Below are positions 41,621 through 50,489 of a stretch of DNA of 64,000 nucleotides, in pieces. The DNA comes from Candidatus Bathyarchaeota archaeon (lineage in GTDB: Archaea; Thermoproteota; Bathyarchaeia; Bathyarchaeales; Bathycorpusculaceae). The DNA lies in contig CAVRFW010000004.1 of NCBI GenBank assembly GCA_963720565.1, forward strand, positions 1 through 64,000. The letters run 5' to 3'. The notes below the pieces were generated by a model. The model saw only the letters and a program-made list of their open reading frames with translations, had not been told where the DNA came from and ran no database searches. Numbering within the stretch: the first letter of the stretch is position 1; the number at the start of each line of letters is the position of its first letter. Both the position numbers and the translations under genes were made by a program.

Positions 41621-43756
41621 TTGATGATTTCCTATACTTTTTCATCGATTCTCTGGCTTACTTTGATAGGATTGAATTTGGCAATCTCTGCAAGACTTGC
41701 CAGAATGTACCGACAAGATTTTGACATTCGGAAACTAATGTTCATCATCGGGCTTCTAATGTGCATTAACGTCTACGCGATTGCAATAGTAGGAATCGAG
41801 AGTTTTCTCTTGGCAAAAAACATTTTGGAGTGGTCCCCTCTTCCATTGCTTTTGGCATTCATACTGTCGTCTTTACATGAAAGGTGTAAGACGGGCTCTG
41901 CCAAGTGCTATAAATTCTTCTTGACTGGAACAGCTTTTTCTATTGTCATGTTCTTCGTTCCTCCAGCGGCAGACTTCTCCCAACCAGTTCTATTTGCAGG
42001 GTTATCAGTTGCCATTCTGCTCTCAATATTCCAGCATTCGAGGAAATTTGACCTCCCTTCCGTAACACTCTTTCTTTCGATGCCAAGCTTTGCAGTTAGT
42101 TACGTATCCGTAGGGCAGGGAATGACTGAATTGGCTCTTTTTGCTGCTTTCGCGGCTATAGGCACGCTCTTGTTGGCGTTTGAAATCTCAAAAAGCCAAG
42201 GAGCTGAGACAACTTCAGTTCTTGTTCTAAAGAAAGAACTATACGCCGCGGAACACAAGTTCAACAGGCTTTTCAATATGCTACCTGATCCAACAGCTAT
42301 TGTTGACGCCAGAGGCGTAATCTTGGCGGTAAGCCCCGGCTTGCTTGCTCTGTCGGATCTCAAGAGGGAAGAACTCGTGGGAAAGAATTTCCTTAAAACT
42401 GATTTCATCTCTGACAGTAGCAAGTTCAAAATGGTGCAGCATCTTGGAAGTAGAATGCTAGACCTTGAAATCCCACCTTACGAGATTGAGGTTCAAGTTA
42501 AAGATGGGAAAAAAGGACAGTTTGAGGTTAACACCTCAAAAATTGTCTACGGTGGCACAACTGCGGCCATGGTTGTGCTTAGGGATTTGACAGAGAGAAA
42601 TAGGCTTCTTGAGAAGATTGAGCGGGAGCAGATACGGTTTCAAGATATTGCGGAAAGAACGGGTGACTGGATCTGGGAGTTGGATTCTGAGGGCAAGTTC
42701 GTTTACTCGAATCACGTAGTAAGCAAGATTATTGGCTATACTCCTGAGGAGATAATAAGCAAGAAAGCCTCTGAGATACTTATTCCAAGCTCAGGAGAAC
42801 ACGAAGGGTTCTTCCTTGAATCCACTATTAAAGCTGGAAACTTATCCCCGATAATCATGCAGTGTTCACGCAGAGACGGAGGCGCTCTGATATTGGAGAT
42901 TCAAGCAATGCCTCTGGCTGGTCTCAACGGAGAATTGGCTGGCTATCGAGGGGTATGCAGAGACTTCACTGAGAAGCAGGAGATGGAAAAAAGGCTACTC
43001 AAGGCAGAGAGATTTGCCGCGATTGGTGAGCTCTCCACGATGGTAGCGCATGACCTAAGAAATCCGCTTCAAGGAATATCAAATGCAATCCACTTCCTGA
43101 AGAAGCTCTCGAAAAACGCGGGAAACGAGCGAATGTCGTTTCTTGTTCTATCAATTGAAGAGGCTCTTAATCATGCTGAAAAGATAGTCAGCGAGCTTCT
43201 TGACTACTCCGCGGACATTCGTCTAGAGCTTGTCGAATCTAATCCAAAATCTATAGTCACGCAGGTTTTGTCCAGAGTCGTTATCCCAGGTAATGTTCGC
43301 ATAGTTGAGAAAACTAATACAGACCCAAAAATTCGCGTTGACACTGACAAAATCACACGGGTCATTGTTAATCTTGTTACAAACGCGTTTGACGCTATGC
43401 CAAATGGTGGAACTCTAACTATAGAAAGCAAGGAACTGGAATATTGCGTGCATCTGAGCATAACTGACAGCGGAACAGGCATCCCAGACGAGAAGATTGA
43501 CAGGCTCTGGACTCCTTTCGTTACGACAAAAGCGCAGGGCATTGGACTTGGTCTGCCCATTTGTAAACGGGTTGTTGATGCTCATAGCGGCGAGATAAAG
43601 GTTGAAAGCGAGAAGGGCAAAGGCACAACCTTCACAATAGTACTTCCGACTGCAGTAACATCAGGGAAGAATGTAGAGTTTTGCGTGAATGAACCTGAAA
43701 TCGTTGATCACGAATCGAACAAAACTCAGACAAGATTTTCAAGTGCCACCTCCTAA
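41621..43756 (+). CDS. Membrane-bound PAS-PAS sensor histidine kinase
   Basis: About 7 N-terminal TMs, two PAS domains, H-box AHDLRNPL, N box (NAFDAM), G1 (DSGTGI), F box and G2 (GIGLGL). Confidence 0.93.
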   Translation: MMISYTFSSILWLTLIGLNLAISARLARMYRQDFDIRKLMFIIGLLMCINVYAIAIVGIESFLLAKNILEWSPLPLLLAFILSSLHERCKTGSAKCYKFFLTGTAFSIVMFFVPPAADFSQPVLFAGLSVAILLSIFQHSRKFDLPSVTLFLSMPSFAVSYVSVGQGMTELALFAAFAAIGTLLLAFEISKSQGAETTSVLVLKKELYAAEHKFNRLFNMLPDPTAIVDARGVILAVSPGLLALSDLKREELVGKNFLKTDFISDSSKFKMVQHLGSRMLDLEIPPYEIEVQVKDGKKGQFEVNTSKIVYGGTTAAMVVLRDLTERNRLLEKIEREQIRFQDIAERTGDWIWELDSEGKFVYSNHVVSKIIGYTPEEIISKKASEILIPSSGEHEGFFLESTIKAGNLSPIIMQCSRRDGGALILEIQAMPLAGLNGELAGYRGVCRDFTEKQEMEKRLLKAERFAAIGELSTMVAHDLRNPLQGISNAIHFLKKLSKNAGNERMSFLVLSIEEALNHAEKIVSELLDYSADIRLELVESNPKSIVTQVLSRVVIPGNVRIVEKTNTDPKIRVDTDKITRVIVNLVTNAFDAMPNGGTLTIESKELEYCVHLSITDSGTGIPDEKIDRLWTPFVTTKAQGIGLGLPICKRVVDAHSGEIKVESEKGKGTTFTIVLPTAVTSGKNVEFCVNEPEIVDHESNKTQTRFSSATS

Positions 43757-43877
43757 GCGGCACAAGAAGGCAACAGTTAACGCGCCTTTCTATTTCAATT
43801 ATGTGATGTTCGCTTTAGCTGGCGAGATATTAAGAAAGCTCAGAGCAACTATTAGGCTATCCGTGGCTATAACTTTC

Positions 43878-44642
43878 TCATTGTCCAATTCTTTTTGACG
43901 AAACTCCGTCTATTACCACCGCTTTTTCCTCGTTGGTTGTCATGTTCTTAAATATCATCTTGAACCGTGGAGCGTAAATCACGGTGCGTTCGGTTATTTC
44001 AAAGACTTCCTCGACAATTCGACTTATTTCTTTAGGGCGCGATGCAATTTTTGTCTTAACTAGATCTATATCTATGTTTTCTGGGAGCTCCTCAATTCCG
44101 TATTCCAAGATTGCTTTTTCAGGTGTCTTTTCAGAGGGTGCGGACGGAAGATTGTCTACTTGAGCGTCCCGACCGTTTCGGTCCATAATTAGAAAGGATT
44201 TTGCTTCATGAACCAAACGTTCTTCGCCATAGAGTTTGACGGTTTTGTTGCTTCTGGGTCCCTCAGGAACGAACTTATTGTTTAGTATAACAACTTCTTT
44301 GACGGTATCATCAATTTCGAAGAGATAGCTGCTTTTGCGGTAGTAGTCGATGAAGTATCTTCCGCTTGCTACTATGTACGGTTCATAGAATTTCTCTAAG
44401 GACACGAATTGGATTTCGTCCGACTTGGGCTTGAGAAATCCATACCGAGTGAAAAGCTGTGTCTTTAATCTCTCGCCGGCTACTCTTGCCACGCTGGGAT
44501 CCATGTGTGTCTCGTAGACAATAGTTTTTCTTCTAATAATTTTCTCTTTTTTCCAATTGGGCTCTGATGTGGTTACAACTGTTTCAATCTGCTCTGTTTC
44601 AGTCAAGTTGATTGCCTCAAGCCTTTTTCTAACAAAATTCAA
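43878..44642 (-). CDS. Hypothetical protein, paralog of the 4435 N-domain
   Basis: Shared YEP..V..G.Y.IDY.RK, EEVFEIT.R and DG(V/I) motifs. Confidence 0.7.
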   Translation of the reverse strand: MNFVRKRLEAINLTETEQIETVVTTSEPNWKKEKIIRRKTIVYETHMDPSVARVAGERLKTQLFTRYGFLKPKSDEIQFVSLEKFYEPYIVASGRYFIDYYRKSSYLFEIDDTVKEVVILNNKFVPEGPRSNKTVKLYGEERLVHEAKSFLIMDRNGRDAQVDNLPSAPSEKTPEKAILEYGIEELPENIDIDLVKTKIASRPKEISRIVEEVFEITERTVIYAPRFKMIFKNMTTNEEKAVVIDGVSSKRIGQ

Positions 44643-44964
44643 TTAACACTTATGAATTCAAAATATTGATACTGCAGAGACAAAACTTCGAACTACGATA
44701 CAGATTCGGGTGTTGAATTCAGCTAGTGATGATCAATTTTATGAATTCATAACAGTTATGTCGCCCAGCGGTTTAGAAAGAAGAAAACTGGATGCTGTTG
44801 AACTTGAAGTGTCCTTCATGCGGCAAGAAGTTGAGTGTCGACATGAAAACTCGATTTTTGAGCTGCCATCAGTGCAGCTGGAACAAAAGCTTTAACAACA
44901 GCGGTCTGTGGAGATAGCTAAGCGCGCACGCTTCAAATCCCAGCGACCCCACCACGGATAAATG

Positions 44965-46161
44965 CTATCGTGTCATTGCTCTTTTGAACACCGGCACTGC
45001 TATGGCGGTCATGACTACTCCGAACGCTATCAATACCGTAAGTTCAGTGGTTATTTGTGGTATTCCAGCTCCGAGAACCATCACTTTTCTCAAGGCGTCA
45101 GCCACATAAGTAAGTGGCAAGGCTTTGGATATGGTCTGCATGTACCATGGCATCTGCTGTACTGGGAAGAATACGCCACTTAGGAACATCATCGGAAACA
45201 TGAGTGTCATCATAACCATCATGGCTGTCTCTTGATCCTTAGCGAATGACGTGAGCACAACGCCTAGACCCACGAAGCTGAACACGCCTAGCAACAGTAG
45301 ACCGAAGACTAGCAGGATGCTTCCTTGAATAGAGACTCCGAATAGGACTGAGGCTAATATCAGTATGAGTACGCCTTGCAGTAGGCCTCTTGCGGTTTGA
45401 GCGAGAGTCTTGCCGACTATGATGGAGAGCCTGTTGATCGGTGCCACCATCATCCCGTCTAGGGTGCCAACTTCCTTCTCCTGAGATATGGCCGCAGGCA
45501 AACCCGTCATGACACTCATCATCACCGTCATAGCCATTATGCCTGGAGCAATGAAGTCAAAGTAGCTAGAATGCCCAGAAACGACGCCTTCCACTTGAAT
45601 GTTGTACGGCTGCACTATTGCTAAGGCGTTGGTTGCGTTGATTGCCGGATTCAGCGCCATGACATTCTGCTGAGCCAACATTGTGCCCATCTGCTGGAAC
45701 ACGGCTGTCAAAGCGCTTTGCATAGCTGCTGACATCTGAGGGTTAGAATTATCGGTCACAATGATCAAAGTTCCCTGTTGGCCACTCAATATGCATTGAG
45801 TGAAGTTGCTGGGTATGACTATGCCGCCTTGGATTTCGCCCTTCTGAACTGATTCTTTTAACGCGTCGAGGTTTGTAGCGTTTGAAATGTCCAGCATGCC
45901 TGTCTGATTATTGATTCCGTTCAAGGCAGTGAGGAAAACTTGGCTTCCGATAGTGGACCCGCCGAAACCTGCATCCTGATTAACCAATCCGACTGATACA
46001 TGGTTTAATGAGTTGTTGGATGGAAATATGAAGCCGACCATGCCCATCATGAATATAGGCATCAGAACAAGCATGACTAGACCTAGTCTGTTGCGGAAGA
46101 GTTCCATCAAGTCTTTCCAAGCAATGCGCAGACTGTTTGACATCAATGCTTTTCCACCCAT
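44965..46161 (-). CDS. ABC-2 type exporter permease
   Basis: FIAPGI, EKEVGTL, FLSGVFFP and LPLTY; ATG at 46161. Confidence 0.9.
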   Translation of the reverse strand: MGGKALMSNSLRIAWKDLMELFRNRLGLVMLVLMPIFMMGMVGFIFPSNNSLNHVSVGLVNQDAGFGGSTIGSQVFLTALNGINNQTGMLDISNATNLDALKESVQKGEIQGGIVIPSNFTQCILSGQQGTLIIVTDNSNPQMSAAMQSALTAVFQQMGTMLAQQNVMALNPAINATNALAIVQPYNIQVEGVVSGHSSYFDFIAPGIMAMTVMMSVMTGLPAAISQEKEVGTLDGMMVAPINRLSIIVGKTLAQTARGLLQGVLILILASVLFGVSIQGSILLVFGLLLLGVFSFVGLGVVLTSFAKDQETAMMVMMTLMFPMMFLSGVFFPVQQMPWYMQTISKALPLTYVADALRKVMVLGAGIPQITTELTVLIAFGVVMTAIAVPVFKRAMTR

Positions 46162-46163
46162 TT

Positions 46164-47202
46164 TCAACGCCCCCTTCCTCGAGATGCACCACCAAAGCCT
46201 GCCGGAGTGCATGCTCTGCATAGGGCATCTTTTGGTCCGCGATCTCTCTTACCTCACGACCCGTTATATGCAGGAATACATCTTCCAACGTAGGTTGGAT
46301 GTTCTGCATCGAAACCACGTTGCCTTTCTTCGCACGTATGGCATCTATGATTGCTGTCAAAAGCGCCATCACCGTGAGCATGAATCTTCAAGTGACTGGA
46401 ATTTTCCTGAGAAACAGTCTCCACACATTCGAGAGCTCGAACTGTTGCCAGCAGGTCAGGTGTCAGGTTAGCGATTTCCAAGGTGAGAATCGTTGTGTTT
46501 GCGCCTGCAATCGTATTTTTCAGGTTTGTCGATGTGTCGAGAGCAACGATTTTTCCATGGTCAATTATTCCGATACGGTCACATAGCAAGTCTGCTTCCC
46601 CCATCATGTGAGTAGTAATAAGGATGGTTGTGTCATGTTCTTGGTTGAGTTTCCTGATGAACTCGCGGATCTCAACGGTTGATTGAGGATCCAAACCCAA
46701 AGTTGGCTCATCAAGAAACAGCACTTGCGGCATGTTGAGCAGTGCTCTTATGATGTTCATTTTCTGCTTCATGCCTGTTGAAAACGTTCCCACCTGAGCT
46801 TTTTCCCATTTGGTCAATTGGACAAGCTCCAGCAACTCATCAATTCGTCTGTTAAGTTCCTCCTTCTGTCATCCCGAAAAGGTTTCCAAAGAACCAGAGA
46901 TTTTCCCTAGCCGTCAGACGATTGTACATTATCATTTTCTCTGAAACTATGCCGATTAGTTTCCTGACTTCATTGTCCTGTTTCACAACGTCAAAGCCAC
47001 CGATGGTTGCTGTGCCTTCGGTTGGTCTCGTCAGGGTGGAAAGCATCCGAATAGTGGTGCTTTTTCCCGCGCCGTTAGGTCCAAGCAAACCAAAGATTTC
47101 GCCTTTCTTCATGTCAAACGTGATGTTGTCAACTGCTACGAAATCGCCGAAGGTCTTCGTCAGGTTCTGGACCACTATTATGGACTCATTGTCTCAAGGC
47201 AA
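46164..47202 (-). CDS. ABC exporter ATP-binding subunit (DrrA-like); several frameshifts
   Basis: GPNGAGKST, FSTGMKQK, LDEPTLGLD, TTH and PTLEDVFL spread over ORFs 46852..47175, 46254..46835 and 45980..46381. Confidence 0.9.
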
Positions 47203-47279
47203 ACACCTTCAATATAAATCACTGCAATATATCGAAGCAAAATATAAATATTCTGTATGCATTATCAAGAAATGATACC

Positions 47280-47849
47280 ATGCAACAAGATGAAGAAGTC
47301 GCCGCTTCAAACTGGCTCAAAGAGACACAAAAGGGCTACATTCGAATAGCAACGCTCATTTTGCTCAGCAAGAAGCCTCATCACGGATACGAAGTAATGA
47401 AGGAAATAAGAGACAGAACCAGAGGCTTTTGGAAACCAACCGCCGGCGGCATGTATCCCATACTCAAAAACCTGCAGGAGTCAGGGTACATTCAAGGAGA
47501 ATGGGACGTCAAAACAAGAAGAAAAAAGAGAACATACGTAATTACAGAGTCAGGAAGAACTGTTCTCAAACGAGCTCTTTCAAAAGAAAACCAGCTTGCT
47601 GACACCATGAGAAGTCTGTTCGAAGAATACACGAAAGGAGTCTTGGAAGTGGAGATGCAGCCTGACTCGACATTTAACATACCTCTGCCCCTCTCAACGT
47701 TGCTGAAGGAAACTGACGAAAAAGAGGGAGACACGATAAGAAGACTAGAAGAGCAAAGCAGACAAATTCAAGAAATGATAATCCAATTGCAAGCAAAGCT
47801 CAGAACAACAAAGAAAAGACTCAGCGAGTTGAAAAAACAAGTCCATTAG
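47280..47849 (+). CDS. PadR-family transcriptional regulator
   Basis: HGYEVMKEI...GGMYPILKNL...Y.ITESG; divergent from the ABC exporter. Confidence 0.9.
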   Translation: MQQDEEVAASNWLKETQKGYIRIATLILLSKKPHHGYEVMKEIRDRTRGFWKPTAGGMYPILKNLQESGYIQGEWDVKTRRKKRTYVITESGRTVLKRALSKENQLADTMRSLFEEYTKGVLEVEMQPDSTFNIPLPLSTLLKETDEKEGDTIRRLEEQSRQIQEMIIQLQAKLRTTKKRLSELKKQVH

Positions 47850-47904
47850 CGCGCCATAGCAAGTCTAACATCTACTTTTCAAGCAATAACTCATCGGTGA
47901 GCCA

Positions 47905-48621
47905 TTGAAGGTTTTAGATTCAAAAGCTTTAACCAAGATTCAATCGGTCGCCCTAATCAGCATAATCGTTATTGCAGCAGTAGGCGGAGCAGTGGCTTAC
48001 ATGCTCTGGAACGGACCTTCTCAGACCGCGGAAACCATCAGAATAGGCGTATGCGCTGATCTAGACATGCCCTTAGGAAAGGAGTTTTGGCAAGGAGCAG
48101 TCTTAGCCGCTGAGCAGACAAACGCTGAAGGCGGCATTCTGGGAAGAAACCTCACGGTAGTTGCCGAAGACGATGACAATTTGGCGCAGCCGTATGATGT
48201 TTCGGTAGGCATCAACGCCCTCACCAAGCCGATAACCGTTGACAGGGCAGATTACATATTATCATTCGGTGCAACAGGTCTTTTAGCCTACCAGGATTTA
48301 TGCTGCGAACACAAAAAGATCTTCTTCAACATTGGCAACGGCATTGACGATTATTCCCAGCGCGTGCTGGACAACTATGAGAAATACAAGTACTCCTTCA
48401 GAACGTATCCGCCAAACGTGACTATGATTTCTCAAGGCCTACTTGGCGACACAATCACTGTGAGCACCCACACCGGGTTCACCAAAGTAGCACTCCTACA
48501 GCACGATTTGGGAGCAGGCACGAAACAGCAAGAAACAATGCTAACTAGTTCCCTGCCGGAACACGGGCTAGAACGCGCGCGCAGCGGTCCCGCCACGACA
48601 ATCTGGGTCTTATTTAGCTAA
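47905..48621 (+). pseudogene. N-terminal half of a LivJ/LivK-like substrate-binding protein, truncated near 48573
   Basis: Aligns with the 59617 paralog up to LPEHGLE, then non-homologous sequence and a stop. Confidence 0.8.
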
Positions 48622-48709
48622 AATAAGCTCAATTTGGAGTTTTCAGGCTTGCTGGACGACGTTGCTGCAGACTATGTTTCATGATTAGGATTGATTCGTT
48701 TGGATTTGA

Positions 48710-50014
48710 CTATTTGTTCCATGGTCCTGACCAATCGGGAAAAGTGTAGGTTACTCCTGCTTCCTCCATGATCTTCTTTGGATAAACCGGAACTTGCTTT
48801 CCATCTATCCATTGGAAATAGATAGCCAACATGTAGTCTGCATCTGGATTGTTGGGGTTTTCTCCCATCATCACATCATGAGAGGAGGTGAAAACAAAAT
48901 TCCTGGCTGAAGTGGTTTTAACGCTCGTTTCCTCTAAAGCTTTAATGACTGCTTCAGTTTCCGTTGTTCCAGCCCTTTTGACCGCATCGGGCAAAATAAA
49001 CCGCAATACATCAAAAGCTAGTGCTGCAGACCATAGTATCGGTCCACCCCACCTATTGATGTATGCTTCTCTAAATGCCAAAGTTCTACTAGTCAAGGGA
49101 TAGCCTGCGGTTGTGGGGTTTGCATACGTAGATACATATGCACATTTGCCATCTGTGCTTTCCCAGCCATCTGGTTCTGAGACGGCTGAAAGTATTCCAC
49201 CATAAACGATCATTGGTGATTGCCTTTCATGGTACTCCTTCACGAATGGTATGTCAGTGAAAGCAATTAGAGGTACCATTATTTCTACTTCTGCGGATTC
49301 TGCGGCTGCAAAATAACTTGTGAAATCAGCTGTCCCGATAGGAATAGTTTTTATGTAGACTATTTCAAAGCCCAATTGAGGCAAGACAGCATTCAAGCCT
49401 TCAATGATTTCTTTGGTCCACGCTTCTTCAGCTATTACACCAACTTTGTTGAATCCAGTTAGTTCCCTTATATGCAAGAAGCCGTCTATCATGCCTTGGC
49501 CTGTAGAGGTTGCATTGAAATTAACTCTAAAAAAATACTTGTACCTGTCATAATCGTTCAAAACTCGTTCAGTAAGTTCATCTACATTCGAATGTGAAAA
49601 CATGATTGTTTTGTGGTCAGCGATCATGTCTTGAACCACTAAATCTTCGCCCCCATATATGCCTGAATAGACAAAATCTACCTCGTGATAGGTAAGTAGT
49701 CTCGTTAGTGCAGAGGTAATTTTTGCAATATCGGCTCCACTTTCGGAATCGGTATCCTCGCCAATCACCTGGACTTCTCTGCCGAGTATGCCGCCTTCGG
49801 CGTTGAGTTGTTCAGCAGCCAAGACAGCACCTTGCCATTCATCTTTTCCAATTCGTCCATCAAGGTCGGTCAGATAGCCAATTTTGATAGTGTCAGAAGG
49901 CTGGTTTTGACCGCTCAATAAAACGTAAGCTGTCACTCCAGCCACTCCGGCAATCACAAGGATGGAGACCAAGACTATTGCCTGAATCTTGGTCAATGCC
50001 CAAGAATTTAGCAC
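48710..50014 (-). CDS. Branched-chain amino-acid-type (LivJ-like) substrate-binding protein, N-terminal membrane anchor
   Basis: IKIGYLTDL, AAEQLNAEGGILGR and YKYFFR; probable GTG start at 50014 after GGAGA. Confidence 0.88.
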   Translation of the reverse strand: MLNSWALTKIQAIVLVSILVIAGVAGVTAYVLLSGQNQPSDTIKIGYLTDLDGRIGKDEWQGAVLAAEQLNAEGGILGREVQVIGEDTDSESGADIAKITSALTRLLTYHEVDFVYSGIYGGEDLVVQDMIADHKTIMFSHSNVDELTERVLNDYDRYKYFFRVNFNATSTGQGMIDGFLHIRELTGFNKVGVIAEEAWTKEIIEGLNAVLPQLGFEIVYIKTIPIGTADFTSYFAAAESAEVEIMVPLIAFTDIPFVKEYHERQSPMIVYGGILSAVSEPDGWESTDGKCAYVSTYANPTTAGYPLTSRTLAFREAYINRWGGPILWSAALAFDVLRFILPDAVKRAGTTETEAVIKALEETSVKTTSARNFVFTSSHDVMMGENPNNPDADYMLAIYFQWIDGKQVPVYPKKIMEEAGVTYTFPDWSGPWNK

Positions 50015-50145
50015 TGTAATCTCTCCGGATCTAATCATACTTGTTTGGAAAATGGATATAACATTTTCTAAGGGCTTGAGCTGGGAAAGCCTATCCGAAG
50101 TTTCAGTCAATAGCGATGTTTTGAGGGTAGTCTAGCGCGCGGGGC

Positions 50146-50352
50146 GTGTCCACTTGTCTTGGATGCACTTCGCGCACACACGATGTTTTTATTGGAATGG
50201 CATGGCCGAACAGGCCAGGCGTGGATTATATGCTGGTCCTCCTGTTCCAGTGGCAAAACGGAACCCAAGTACCAGTCTGTCCACAGGAGATCATCGAAGA
50301 GGCGGGAGCAATCTACAAGTATCCGCCTTGGCAAGGTCCCTGGAGCAAATAA
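50146..50352 (+). pseudogene. C-terminal remnant of a LivJ-like substrate-binding protein
   Basis: THDVF...FQWQNGTQVPVCPQEIIEEAGAIYKYPPWQGPWSK matches the C-terminus of the 59617..60952 protein. Confidence 0.82.
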
Positions 50353-50489
50353 CGTCGCATCCTCCGCAAAACTCGCAATCAGACACTGCAGATTCACTGA
50401 AAAACCTTTTCAACATTAACCCACATACTTCAAGACGGAAGGAGAGCCACACCCATCCCCAAGCAATAACCCATATTTGACAATGGAGT

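Noticed and set aside
50015..50110. N-terminal extensions of the minus-strand SBP ORFs (also 55374..55496)
   Set aside because: An SD-like GGAGA precedes GTG 50014 and TTG 55373, which align with the paralog starts; the upstream similarity is better explained as conserved promoter DNA.
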